A stretch of 41,741 nucleotides of DNA from Gemmatimonadota bacterium (GTDB taxonomy: Bacteria; Gemmatimonadota; Gemmatimonadetes; JACCXV01; JAHWKZ01), in contig JBFGIA010000003.1 in assembly GCA_041577935.1 (NCBI GenBank), positions 1 to 41,741 of the forward strand, given 5' to 3'. Below the pieces are notes generated by a model, which had not been told where the DNA came from, searched no databases, and worked only from the letters and a program-made list of their open reading frames with translations. Shown piece by piece: positions 27,825-37,752 of this stretch. Each line of letters begins with the position of its first letter. Positions within the stretch are counted from its first letter, which is position 1. The translations under genes were made by a program, and so were the position numbers.

Positions 27825-29927
27825 TTAGTGCCTGATCCCAGCCCCCTCGCGTTCCTTCTCCGCCTCGGCGATCACTTTCTGCGCGATATCGTGCGGCACC
27901 TCTTCGTACCCGTGGAAGGCACGCGCGTGATCGCCCCGACCCTGAGTGATCGATCTCAGACTCGTCGAGTAGCGATACAGCTCGGCTTGCGGAACATGTG
28001 CGCTGATCTTCTGTTTTCCGTTTCCGCTCGGCTCCATTCCGAGCACTCTGCCTCGACGCTGATTCAGATCGCCGATCACGTCACCCAGGTACTCGTCCGG
28101 CGTCACAACCGTCACTTCCATGATCGGCTCGAGCAAAACGGCGTCGCAATTTCCGATCGCGTTCTGGAACGCCATCGAGCCAGCGACCTTGAACGCCATC
28201 TCGCTTGAATCAACCGAATGGTGCGAGCCATCGATCAGCTCGACCTGAAGGTCGACCACCGGGTAGCCGGCCAGCACACCCTTGCTCATCGTTTCTTGGA
28301 TCCCTTTGTTCACCGCCGGGATGAACTTGTTGGGAATGACACCGCCGGTGATCTGATCCACGAACTCGTACCCCTCGCCGCGGCCCTTGGGGATCAGCCG
28401 CACCTTGCAGTCGCCGAACTGACCCCGGCCGCCGGTCTGTTTCTTGTAACGTCCCTGGGCCTCTCCGCGCCGCTTGATCGTTTCACGGTAGGCGATTTTT
28501 GGCTGCAGCATCTTCGCTTCGACGTGGAATTTGCGCTTCATGCGTTCGAGCACGACCTGTAGGTGCAGCTCACCCATCCCGCGGATGATCGTCTGACCGA
28601 GCTCCGGGTTGTAGGCATGGACGAACGTCGGATCTTCCTCGTGGAGCTTCGACAGCGCGCTCCCGATCTTTTCCTCCTCGCCTTCGTGCATCGGCTCGAT
28701 CGCTACGGATATGACCGGCTTTGGAAAATCGATACCGCGAAGCAGAATCTGATCGTTACGGCTGCAGAACGAGTCTCCGGTGTGTGAATCCTTGAGCTTG
28801 GGAACGACCCCGATGTCACCGCTGTTGACGCTCTTGACCTCGGTTCGATCGCGGCCTTGCATGATGCCGACGTGCGCCAATCGCTCGTCGTGTTGTTGCG
28901 TCGAGTTGTAAACGTCCTGACCGCTCTTGACCTGACCGCTGAAGACGCGGAAGTAGGACAGCTCGCCAACATGCGGCTCTGTCGTGGTTTTGAAGACGAG
29001 CGCCGACAACGGCGCGCTGTTCTCGCGCGCCACGAACACTTTCTCGCTGTCGCCTGGACGGGTGGCCCGAATCTCCGGACGCTCGGCCGGGCTCGGGCAT
29101 AGCTCCACGACCTCTTTGAGCAGCGAACGTACGCCCTTGAGCTGCTCGGGCGCGCCGCAGAAAACCGGGAACAGCTCCCCTCTTGCCATCCCCGCTTTCA
29201 TCGCCCCCGTCACCTCATCGCGATTGAACTCCTCACCTTCGAGATAGCGCTCGATCAGCGTGTCGTCGGTCTCGGCGACCGTCTCGACCAATTCCCGTCG
29301 GTAGCGATCATAGTCGGCACGCACTTCATCCGGGATCTCCCCGATCTTCCGCTTCCCGGTCGCGCCATCCTCGTAGAGGTGCGCGTTCTCGTTGAACAGA
29401 TTGCAGATGCCGTGAAAATCGGCGCCCTGTCCGATCGGGATCTCGACCGGAATGGCACGTGGGGACAATCCATCGCGAATCTGTCGATAGACCTTCTCAA
29501 AATCGGCATGCTCTTTGTCCATCATGTTGATGAAGATCAACCGCGGCAGCTTCTCGGCTTCGGCGTACTCCCACACGCGCTCGGTCCCGACCTCGACGCC
29601 AGCAACCGCGTTGACCACCAGGCACGCGCTGTCCGCCACTCGCAAACCGGACACGACCTCGCCGGCGAAGTCGAGATAACCGGGCGTGTCGATCAGGTTG
29701 ACCTTGGTATCCATAAACTCGGCGTAAGCCATCGCCAGGCTGACTGATATCTGATGCTCCGTCTCGTCGGGGGTGAAGTCGGTCAGCGAAGTGCCATCCT
29801 CGACCGAACCCATGCGGGTGCAAGAGCCGGCCAACCACGCCATCGCGTTTACCAGCGTGGTTTTGCCCGACGCGCCGTGTCCAATCACGGCGAGATTCCT
29901 TATGCGTGCACTGTCATAAACGTCCAC
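27825..29927 (-). CDS. Elongation factor G-like protein (EF-G2 paralog)
   Basis: IRNLAVIGHGASGKTT, LIDTPGYLDF, GMGELHL, YRETI, KKQTGGRGQFG, HSVDSSEMAFK; not in the str operon; divergent switch I and G4. Confidence 0.93.
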   Translation of the reverse strand: MDVYDSARIRNLAVIGHGASGKTTLVNAMAWLAGSCTRMGSVEDGTSLTDFTPDETEHQISVSLAMAYAEFMDTKVNLIDTPGYLDFAGEVVSGLRVADSACLVVNAVAGVEVGTERVWEYAEAEKLPRLIFINMMDKEHADFEKVYRQIRDGLSPRAIPVEIPIGQGADFHGICNLFNENAHLYEDGATGKRKIGEIPDEVRADYDRYRRELVETVAETDDTLIERYLEGEEFNRDEVTGAMKAGMARGELFPVFCGAPEQLKGVRSLLKEVVELCPSPAERPEIRATRPGDSEKVFVARENSAPLSALVFKTTTEPHVGELSYFRVFSGQVKSGQDVYNSTQQHDERLAHVGIMQGRDRTEVKSVNSGDIGVVPKLKDSHTGDSFCSRNDQILLRGIDFPKPVISVAIEPMHEGEEEKIGSALSKLHEEDPTFVHAYNPELGQTIIRGMGELHLQVVLERMKRKFHVEAKMLQPKIAYRETIKRRGEAQGRYKKQTGGRGQFGDCKVRLIPKGRGEGYEFVDQITGGVIPNKFIPAVNKGIQETMSKGVLAGYPVVDLQVELIDGSHHSVDSSEMAFKVAGSMAFQNAIGNCDAVLLEPIMEVTVVTPDEYLGDVIGDLNQRRGRVLGMEPSGNGKQKISAHVPQAELYRYSTSLRSITQGRGDHARAFHGYEEVPHDIAQKVIAEAEKEREGAGIRH

Positions 29928-29957
29928 AACATCTCCTTTCTCTATGTTATCTCGCGC

Positions 29958-31994
29958 CTACATCTCTTCGGCTCGCCGAAGATCCTCGGTCACCTCGCCA
30001 CCCGAATGCGCGCGTTCGGCGACGTACCAGAGCAGCCCCGCCAACCCACCAAACACGATCAACGAGACGGCCGTGCCGGCACCTTCGGTCACACCGGTGA
30101 CCGCGGTCTGGAAGGCGCTGATCAGTGCCGACTGCTCACCAAAGAACACCAGGCCGGCGATGATGACGCCGACGAGAGCGGCCCCGGCGATCAACCCCGA
30201 AGCGAACAGCACGCCGTTTTCTCGCTTCTCGCGCAAGACATCGATCCGAGCGGCGTGACGCTTCTCGATCGCCAATCGGACGATACCACCGACCAAGATC
30301 GGCGACATGAGCGAGAGCGGCAGGTAGAGACCCACCGCTACCACCAGCGATGGCAACCCGACCATCTCGAACATCGCAGCCAAAAATATTCCCGCCACGA
30401 CGAGCGCCCACGGCAAGTCGGCGTTGACCACGCCGTCGATCACCAGCGCCATCAGCGTCGCCTGCGGAGCCGGAAGCTCTTCCGAGCCGATCCCGATCCC
30501 GCCATGCAGCACCATCAAGACTGAACCCATTACGGTGGCCGCCGTCAGCACGCCGATCATCTCGCCGATCTGCTGGCGTCGCGGCGTCGCCCCGATCAGG
30601 AAGCCGGTCTTGAGGTCCTGTGACGTGTCGCCGGCGATCGCCGCGCTTATCGCGATGATCGCACCCACAAGCAGGATCGCCATGCGGGGATCGCCGACCG
30701 TGTTCTCGGTCCGGCCCAACGCGACGAACAACAGCGCGGTCAGCAGCAACGTGGCAATCGTCATGCCGCTGACCGGATTGGACGATGTGCCGACCAGCCC
30801 GACGATACGCGACGAGACGGTGACAAAGAAGAACGAGAAGATGACCATCAGGATCGCCCCGAGCGCTCCGGCGGGGGCGAACGAAGCCGGCAGGAGAGCC
30901 AGGATCAATGCGATCCCGAGCGCTCCAGCGATCACGGTCGTGAACGGGAGGTCCCTCTCGGTCCGCTTGATCGAACCTTGGTCGGTGCTTTCACGGATCC
31001 CGCGCATGCCCATCCGGAAAGAGCCTACGATCGTCGGCAGCGCGCGCACGAGCGTGATGATGCCGCCAAACGCGACCGCGCCCGCACCGACGTACCGGAT
31101 GTAGCGATTCCAGATGTCGCCTGGTTCCATGTCGCGGATCAGCGCTTCGGTCTCGGGATAGAGCGGTGTGCCTGCGGACGCCCCGAAGGTCGCGATCAGC
31201 GGAATCAAGACGAGCCACGAAACGGCGCTTCCCATGAACAGGATCGCGGAGATCCGTGGTCCGATGATATAACCGACCCCGAGCAGCTCCGGAGTGGCGT
31301 CGATGCCGAACTCGGCTTTGGGATAGCCGCGGATCCGAAACGCCGGGTCGCCGCGCCAAAGCGAGAGCGCGTTGTTGTTTACGAAATACTGATAGACCGC
31401 CCCCACCCCGAGGCCGCTAAACAGAAGTCGCGCCTTGGCGCCACCTGTGTCGCCGGCGGCCAGCACCTCGGCGCACGCCGTCCCCTCCGGGTAGGGCAGC
31501 TTGCCGTGCTCGTCGCGGATCAGGTAACGGCGCAGCGGGATCATGAAGAGGACCCCCAACAATCCGCCGAGGGCGGCCAGCGTAAAGATCAGTAATTGAC
31601 TGGGTGACAATCCGAAGATGAATAGCGCGGGCAGCGTGAAGATCACTCCGGCCGCCAGCGACTCCCCCGCCGAACCGACCGTCTGGACCATGTTGCCCTC
31701 GAGGATCGTACCGCCTTTAAGTGCGCGGAAGAACGCCACGCCCATGACCGCTGCCGGGATCGACGCGCTCACGGTCAGACCGACCTTGAGACCCAGGTAC
31801 GCGTTGGCGGCGCCAAATACGACGCCAACGAGGATGCCGATGATCACCGCGCGCAGCGTGAACTCGCGCAGTGTAGCCTCGGCAGGCACATACGGTTGGT
31901 AGTCGCGGCCGGGGATCTCCTCGTAGGCCTCGGGCGGCAAACCCTTGCCTTGACGGGTCGTTGGTTCCGGCGTCGTGACGACGTCTTCGCTCAT
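29958..31994 (-). CDS. OPT-family oligopeptide transporter
   Basis: EFTLRA, NAYLGLKVGLTVSASIPAA, SAGESLAAG, LPYPEGTACAEVL, SNPVSGMTIATL, DLKTGFL.GATP, PAPQATLM. Confidence 0.95.
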   Translation of the reverse strand: MSEDVVTTPEPTTRQGKGLPPEAYEEIPGRDYQPYVPAEATLREFTLRAVIIGILVGVVFGAANAYLGLKVGLTVSASIPAAVMGVAFFRALKGGTILEGNMVQTVGSAGESLAAGVIFTLPALFIFGLSPSQLLIFTLAALGGLLGVLFMIPLRRYLIRDEHGKLPYPEGTACAEVLAAGDTGGAKARLLFSGLGVGAVYQYFVNNNALSLWRGDPAFRIRGYPKAEFGIDATPELLGVGYIIGPRISAILFMGSAVSWLVLIPLIATFGASAGTPLYPETEALIRDMEPGDIWNRYIRYVGAGAVAFGGIITLVRALPTIVGSFRMGMRGIRESTDQGSIKRTERDLPFTTVIAGALGIALILALLPASFAPAGALGAILMVIFSFFFVTVSSRIVGLVGTSSNPVSGMTIATLLLTALLFVALGRTENTVGDPRMAILLVGAIIAISAAIAGDTSQDLKTGFLIGATPRRQQIGEMIGVLTAATVMGSVLMVLHGGIGIGSEELPAPQATLMALVIDGVVNADLPWALVVAGIFLAAMFEMVGLPSLVVAVGLYLPLSLMSPILVGGIVRLAIEKRHAARIDVLREKRENGVLFASGLIAGAALVGVIIAGLVFFGEQSALISAFQTAVTGVTEGAGTAVSLIVFGGLAGLLWYVAERAHSGGEVTEDLRRAEEM

Positions 31995-33097
31995 CGAGCC
32001 TCCCCGGATTGGGGTCTGTTGGAGCTCGAGCGGATGGCTGCCGCTCGCTTCCGAAGATGATCCACCTGGACGAGGATGTCGTCAGTCGGCGGCGGCGCAG
32101 CGCTAGCGCCGGCCCAACGGTACCGAATCCGGCCGGACTCGTCCACGACCAGGATCTGGGGCGTCACGTCGGCGCCAAAATCCGACCGGGAGCTGTCCCG
32201 GTCGGGAGGAACAACGATCGCGAACGACTGTGGCGGGCCGGCGGCAGCGGGATCAGCCCCCAGCCAGACGCCCACCAGTGCCCCGCCTCGGCGTCGCATC
32301 GCGATCGCCAACTCGCCAAGTCGACTGGCGTAGCCCGAGCAGCCGTCGCACGCCGGGTCCCATACGACGAGGACGAGCGGACGGCCGATCAAAGCGCCAG
32401 TAGCGAGTGGCGGACCGGTACGTCGCGGATAAGCGAAGTCAGGCAGCGGGTCACGGAGCGGTCCAGCCACCAACAGTTGCTGGCGCTCGTCTTCGATCCG
32501 GGCGCGCTCGGCGGTGCGTAGATCGTCGAGCCCTCGGAGCGAGCCGTGCCGCCGCCGGTAGACCGTCTCGAGCGGGGGCGTGGCCCGCTCTCCCACACCG
32601 CGAATCTCGGCGTCCAGGAGCGCGTCGATCGCGTCGTCCCACAGCCGGCGGGCAGCGTACACGCGTCCCAGGTGCAGGAAGTGCTCGGCGTAGCCAGTCG
32701 TCGTGCCGCGGCTGTTGATCTCGGCAACCGCCGACACGAGCGCGGCCTCCGCCTGCCTCAGGTCTTGGCGACGGAACGCGGCCCAGCCGAGCGTATCCAA
32801 CAGTCGTCCCCGGTAGGTGCGAAAATACCGGCCTGGTGTCTCACCCTCTGGCAACAGCGCTGGATCCTCGAAATCGAGTCGGGCCAGCCATTGCTGCACT
32901 TGCGTTTCGAGCAGTGATAGCTCGCTTGGTGGCAGTGAATCAGCGGCGGCGGCGAAAACGTTCGACAAGCTGTCGAGATCGAGCGCCAAGCGAACCGGTT
33001 CGGCAGGAACGACTTCAGGCTCGGGCTGTGGCCGGACACCGAGACACCCCGCACCGATCGCCACGCACACAATCCCCAACGGAATCCACCCCCTCAT
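31991..33097 (-). CDS. Putative lipoprotein with TPR-like region and C-terminal redoxin (TlpA-like) domain
   Basis: Lipobox IGAGC; LDTLGWAAFR TPR-like helix; LPDF...GRPLVLVVWDPACDGC...TPQILVVDESGRIRY thioredoxin-fold motifs; stop overlaps OPT start. Confidence 0.7.
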   Translation of the reverse strand: MRGWIPLGIVCVAIGAGCLGVRPQPEPEVVPAEPVRLALDLDSLSNVFAAAADSLPPSELSLLETQVQQWLARLDFEDPALLPEGETPGRYFRTYRGRLLDTLGWAAFRRQDLRQAEAALVSAVAEINSRGTTTGYAEHFLHLGRVYAARRLWDDAIDALLDAEIRGVGERATPPLETVYRRRHGSLRGLDDLRTAERARIEDERQQLLVAGPLRDPLPDFAYPRRTGPPLATGALIGRPLVLVVWDPACDGCSGYASRLGELAIAMRRRGGALVGVWLGADPAAAGPPQSFAIVVPPDRDSSRSDFGADVTPQILVVDESGRIRYRWAGASAAPPPTDDILVQVDHLRKRAAAIRSSSNRPQSGEAR

Positions 33098-33225
33098 CAA
33101 CCCGCTTGTCGATCCACGTGGGGTCAACAAGCTTTGGCGGTCATGCACGCGGCGATGTCCATTGTCAGATGGCGATTTCATCGAAGGACGGTGACGATAG
33201 CCGAGCCCACCGCCGGCGGCCAAAC

Positions 33226-34149
33226 GTGAGACGCAAGACGACGCTGATCCTGCTCGCGGCTGCGCTCGTGCTGGCGGTCGCGCTCTGGCGCTATAGCACA
33301 CGCGACTATCGACCTGTGTTCAGTCGCACCGCGGGGGAGCTCATTCAGGTCCGCGATTCAACCGGTTTCGGCCGCGCCGAAGACGGCAAGCAATTGACCG
33401 AGGTTACGTTGGTCAGCGACACCGGCCTCGAGGTGCGGGTGCGCGTTCGCGCCCTCGGCGAACGGACTGGTACACGCTACCCGGCCGCGCTGTTGGTTGG
33501 CGGGATGAGGAACGGTCGTATGACGGTCGACGTCCCGCTCGAGACCGAGAACCTGATCCTGGCCAGCGTCGACTACCCGTACAACGGTCCCATGTGGCCT
33601 AAGGGATGGCAGTGGATGCGGTATCTCATTCCTCTCCGACGCGGATTTCTGGAGACGCCGCCGGCGCTCCTGTTGGCGGCCCAATACCTGTACACCCGAG
33701 ATGACGTGGACCCCGAACGGGTCTCGATCATCGGTGTCAGCCTCGGAGTCCCGTTCGCGACAGTTACGGCGGCGACCGACCGGAGGCTGGCCGGCGCCGC
33801 GCTGCTGCACGGCGGTGCCGACATTCGTCGCATGGCATACTACGCCTATGCCGATGCTGGACCCGCTTGGGTGATGAATGGTCTGGCGGTCGTCACGGCC
33901 TGGATGGTGGCGCCGCTCGAGCCCGCCAAGTACGCCGGCGAGATCGCACCGCGCCCGACATTGGTGGTAAACGCCACCGACGACCAGCGCGTCGACCCGC
34001 AGAGCGGCGATCGGCTTCAACGCGCGGTGCGCCAGCCAAAACGGGTCATCTGGCACGACAGCGGTCATGTGCACCGCTCTCAAACTGAGATCGTGGTCGA
34101 GCTTATGGAGATGACGCTCGACTGGATGGCCGCCAACGGGCTGCGATGA
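33226..34149 (+). CDS. Membrane-anchored alpha/beta hydrolase (dienelactone hydrolase/peptidase S9-like)
   Basis: N-terminal TM; VDPERVSIIGVSLG nucleophile elbow, NATDDQRV (Asp), DSGH (His); GTG start inferred. Confidence 0.8.
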   Translation: MRRKTTLILLAAALVLAVALWRYSTRDYRPVFSRTAGELIQVRDSTGFGRAEDGKQLTEVTLVSDTGLEVRVRVRALGERTGTRYPAALLVGGMRNGRMTVDVPLETENLILASVDYPYNGPMWPKGWQWMRYLIPLRRGFLETPPALLLAAQYLYTRDDVDPERVSIIGVSLGVPFATVTAATDRRLAGAALLHGGADIRRMAYYAYADAGPAWVMNGLAVVTAWMVAPLEPAKYAGEIAPRPTLVVNATDDQRVDPQSGDRLQRAVRQPKRVIWHDSGHVHRSQTEIVVELMEMTLDWMAANGLR

Positions 34150-34289
34150 GGCCCTTTTCACGCGGGTTGACGCCAGACCGGGTAGACGGCGACATTCAGT
34201 GCACGTTCAGGCGCCTCCCCTGTGTGTTCCTGGACGACCCGGCTCGACGACGACTCTTTTTCCGAACTCGGACCCCGGAGGTCTCCCGC

Positions 34290-34586
34290 ATGCGGTTTTT
34301 GAAGCTCTTTCCCGTTTTCGCGTTCGCAGCGCTGTTAACGATCGGCGCCTGTCAGCAGGCCGAAGACGCCGGCGACGCCATGGACGACGCGGCCGGTGAG
34401 GTTGAGGGAATGGCCGACGAGGCCATGGACGAGATGGAAGGCATGGCCGAAGAGGGCATGGACGAGATGGAAGGCATGGCTGACGAGGCCATGGACGAGA
34501 TGGAAGGCATGGCTGACGACGCCATGGACGCTGCGAACCCGTGCAGTCCGGACGCAGACGCGGCTAACCCCTGCGCGGGCGAGTAA
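34290..34586 (+). CDS. Small Met/acid-rich repeat lipoprotein (98 aa)
   Basis: GGAGG SD; signal peptide with lipobox IGAC; [11 protein letters not shown]-type repeats; two AANPC motifs; followed by an intrinsic terminator. Confidence 0.85.
   Translation: MRFLKLFPVFAFAALLTIGACQQAEDAGDAMDDAAGEVEGMADEAMDEMEGMAEEGMDEMEGMADEAMDEMEGMADDAMDAANPCSPDADAANPCAGE
34410..34530 (+). repeat. 33-bp coding tandem repeat (~3.7 copies)
   Basis: Unit ATGGCYGAMGAGGSCATGGACGAGATGGAAGGC read three times plus a partial fourth. Confidence 0.9.
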
Positions 34587-34628
34587 GAAACGCCAACGCG
34601 CAAACGCGCGATTATCGCGTAACGCTTC

Positions 34629-34663
34629 AAGCGGCCGTCCTAAATTGGGACGGCCGCTTTTTT
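34629..34663 (+). terminator. Intrinsic terminator
   Basis: AAGCGGCCGTCC-TAAATTG-GGACGGCCGCTT stem-loop with a T6 tract. Confidence 0.85.
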
Positions 34664-34689
34664 CTAGCCCCAACACGAGATCGAGGCCA

Positions 34690-36642
34690 ATGCCAAATAT
34701 CGATACCATGCTGCAAGAGGAGCGGCGCTTCCCGCCGCCTCCCGAGTTCGCCGAGCGGGCTCATATCGGTTCGATCGAAGAGTACGAGCGCCTCTACCGG
34801 GAGTCGCTCGACGATCCGGAGACGTTCTGGGCCCGGATGGCCGCAGAGCTGGATTGGATCGAACCCTGGGAACGGGTTCTCGAGTGGAACCCACCGTATG
34901 CCCGCTGGTTCTCGGGCGCCAAGCTGAACGCTTCCGTCAACTGTCTCGATCGGCACCTCGGTGCGCGAAGTGACAAGGTCGCCATCCGCTGGGAAGGCGA
35001 GCCGCCGAACGAGCAACGCGAGTTGACCTATGCCGAGCTCCACGCCGCGGTCTGTCGCTTCGCTGCTGGACTCCATGAGTTAGGGCTCGAAACCGGCGAC
35101 CGAGTGGCGATCTACATGCCGATGGTTCCCGAGCTGGTGATCGCGTGCCTCGCCTGCGCGCGACTGGGTCTGGTGCACTCGGTGATTTTCGCCGGCTTTA
35201 GTGCCGAGGCGATCAAAGACCGGGTCAACGACTCCGGGGTTCGGGCCATCATCACGTCGGATGGCGGATGGCGACGCGGCAAGGTGCTCGATCTAAAGGC
35301 CAACGTCGATCGTGCCGTCGCCGATTGCCCGTCGGTTGAACATGTAATCGTGCTGCGCCGCACCGGCACCGAGGTCGAATGGACCGAAGGCCGGGATCAC
35401 TGGTGGAACGACGTCGTTCGGGATGCGCCGGCGAACTGCGAACCGGTGGCGTTGGACGCTGAACACCCGCTATTCATCCTCTACACCTCGGGCACGACCG
35501 GGAAGCCCAAAGGCATCCTCCATACGACCGGCGGCTACCTGCTCGGAGCCGCGCTAACCACCAAATACGTTTTCGATCTACGCGAAGATGACATCTACTG
35601 GTGCACGGCCGATGTCGGGTGGGTCACCGGCCACTCGTACATCGTGTACGGTCCGCTTGCGATGGGAGCGACGACGGTGATCTACGAGGGCGCCCCCGAC
35701 TATCCCGAGCCGGATCGATTCTGGGACATCGTCGAGCGACACAACGTCACGATCTTCTACACCGCGCCGACTGCGATTCGCGCATTCATGAAGTGGGGCG
35801 ACAAGTGGCCCGAGGGACACGACCTTTCGTCTTTGCGCCTGTTGGGTACCGTCGGTGAACCGATCAACCCCGAAGCGTGGATGTGGTACCACCGAATGAT
35901 CGGCAACGAACAGTGTCCGATCGTCGACACCTGGTGGCAAACCGAGACCGGATCGATTCTGATCACACCGTTACCCGGCGCTACGGTGACCAAGCCCGGT
36001 TCGGCGACCAAGCCTTTCTTCGGCGTCGAGACCGATGTCGTCGACGAGGCCGGCGAGTCCGTCGGACCGGGAGCCGGTGGTCTCCTCGTGATCAAGCAGC
36101 CGTGGCCGTCGATGCTGCGAACGATCTATGGTGACGACGACCGGTACCGCGATCAGTACTGGTCGAAGTACGGGGATCGCAATTGGTATTTCACCGGCGA
36201 TGGCGCACGCATCGATGAGGACGGCTATTTGTGGATCGTGGGGCGCGTCGACGACGTGTTGAACGTTGCCGGGCATCGATTGGGGACCGCTGAGGTCGAA
36301 AGCGCGCTAGTGGCCCACGACGCGGTCGTCGAGGCTGCTGTTGTAGGCCGTCCGGACGAGATCAAGGGCCAGGCGGTGGTCGCCTTCTGCACGCTCGAGC
36401 CAAACGCCGAGCCGACCGAGGCACTAAAGACCGAGCTCAAAGCGTTCGTCGGCGAACAGATCGGCGCGATCGCTCGACCGGCCGAGATCCGGTTCGCGGA
36501 GGCGGTCCCGAAAACCCGCAGCGGCAAGATCATGCGTCGGTTGCTAAAGGACATCGCCTCGGGCGCCGAGGAGGTCGGCGACACAACGACGCTCGAGGAT
36601 TACTCGGTTCTGGCTGCGCTGCGCGAGTCCGACGAGAGCTAG
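34690..36642 (+). CDS. acs: Acetyl-CoA synthetase (AMP-forming)
   Basis: [59 protein letters not shown]; start MPNIDT. Confidence 0.97.
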   Translation: MPNIDTMLQEERRFPPPPEFAERAHIGSIEEYERLYRESLDDPETFWARMAAELDWIEPWERVLEWNPPYARWFSGAKLNASVNCLDRHLGARSDKVAIRWEGEPPNEQRELTYAELHAAVCRFAAGLHELGLETGDRVAIYMPMVPELVIACLACARLGLVHSVIFAGFSAEAIKDRVNDSGVRAIITSDGGWRRGKVLDLKANVDRAVADCPSVEHVIVLRRTGTEVEWTEGRDHWWNDVVRDAPANCEPVALDAEHPLFILYTSGTTGKPKGILHTTGGYLLGAALTTKYVFDLREDDIYWCTADVGWVTGHSYIVYGPLAMGATTVIYEGAPDYPEPDRFWDIVERHNVTIFYTAPTAIRAFMKWGDKWPEGHDLSSLRLLGTVGEPINPEAWMWYHRMIGNEQCPIVDTWWQTETGSILITPLPGATVTKPGSATKPFFGVETDVVDEAGESVGPGAGGLLVIKQPWPSMLRTIYGDDDRYRDQYWSKYGDRNWYFTGDGARIDEDGYLWIVGRVDDVLNVAGHRLGTAEVESALVAHDAVVEAAVVGRPDEIKGQAVVAFCTLEPNAEPTEALKTELKAFVGEQIGAIARPAEIRFAEAVPKTRSGKIMRRLLKDIASGAEEVGDTTTLEDYSVLAALRESDES

Positions 36643-37694
36643 CCGCCGCGCCGCGAAGCCAACACTTCGAGCGCCGCGTCGACGACCGCCGCGGGCCCCG
36701 GGTCGGTGAAGGGCTCCAGTCCGGACCGCGTTCGCCGCGGCCAATGGCGAGCCTCGGCGCCAGCGACCGCCACTCCGGGCAGGTGCTCCGCCGGGCCGTG
36801 AACGGCGGCGCTCGAGCGTCCAAAGACCGCTACCACGGGTGTCCCGACCAGCCCCGCGAGGTGCATCGGGCCGGTGTCCATCCCGATGAACAGGTCGCAC
36901 CGGGAGAGCAGGTACGTGAGCTCTCGAACCGTCGTCGGGGGGATCAAGTGGGCGTCGCCCAGCGCATCGGCCAGCGCTTGGGCTTCTTCTTCCTCCGCCG
37001 GGCCCCAGCCGATCAGTAACGTGCCGCCGGAACGCTGTTTGATCTCGCGCAGCGCTGCTTCCAGCCGAGCCGGGTCCCATCGTTTGTGGCTGCCGCTCAC
37101 GCTCGACCCGGGATAGCCCAACAACCAGGGTCGCGGTTGGTCGCTGATCGGCTCGAGGAACCGATCGACGCGCGATCTCTCCTGGGGATCAAACTCCAGA
37201 AGAGCGGCGACGACATCGGGCACGTCGAGCCATTCCACCAACGAGCGGTGTCGCAAGTGGCGGTTGACGTTTTTCCCTGGCGGGTAGCGTAGACCGTGGT
37301 ACCACAGCCAGGCGAGGTTGCGCGCGTGCCCGGGACCCCAACCGACGCGAACCGCTCGGCCACCGGCGCCAACCGCCCAAACTGCGCCCTTCAACATCCC
37401 CTGGAAGTCGAGCACCAGATCGTAGCCCCGGGCACGCATCCGCGAGCGGAGTTTCCAGGGAGCACGCGACAGTATCTCCCTCCAGCGCCTGAACGGGACG
37501 ACGAAGAGCTCGTCGATCTGGGGGTGACCGCGGAGCACATCGGCGGCTTTCGATTGGACGACCCAGTCGATCTCGGCGCCGGGAAACTTTTGCCGCAGGC
37601 CGTTCAGCATCGGCAGCACGCGTGCCACGTCACCGATCGAGCCCAGCCGGACGATCAGAATGCGGCGCGGGTCGGCGGGAAGCGTGCGAAGCAT
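36639..37694 (-). CDS. Glycosyltransferase family 9 (LPS heptosyltransferase-like)
   Basis: [26 protein letters not shown]...[22 protein letters not shown]. Confidence 0.9.
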   Translation of the reverse strand: MLRTLPADPRRILIVRLGSIGDVARVLPMLNGLRQKFPGAEIDWVVQSKAADVLRGHPQIDELFVVPFRRWREILSRAPWKLRSRMRARGYDLVLDFQGMLKGAVWAVGAGGRAVRVGWGPGHARNLAWLWYHGLRYPPGKNVNRHLRHRSLVEWLDVPDVVAALLEFDPQERSRVDRFLEPISDQPRPWLLGYPGSSVSGSHKRWDPARLEAALREIKQRSGGTLLIGWGPAEEEEAQALADALGDAHLIPPTTVRELTYLLSRCDLFIGMDTGPMHLAGLVGTPVVAVFGRSSAAVHGPAEHLPGVAVAGAEARHWPRRTRSGLEPFTDPGPAAVVDAALEVLASRRGG

Positions 37695-37700
37695 GGCGGA

Positions 37701-37706
37701 AAGGTA
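37701..37706 (-). promoter_or_regulatory. Putative -10 element (TACCTT) 6 nt before GT9 ATG
   Basis: Minus strand TACCTT-tccgcc-ATG; no SD; only 58 bp of intergenic space shared with divergent pdxS. Confidence 0.45.
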
Positions 37707-37752
37707 CTTGGCGCCCTGAAGGACGTGTATCTTTGTGCGCAGGAGGCACTGC

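Noticed and set aside
34410-34530. CRISPR array
   Set aside because: Contiguous 33-bp in-frame coding repeats without unique spacers; no cas genes.
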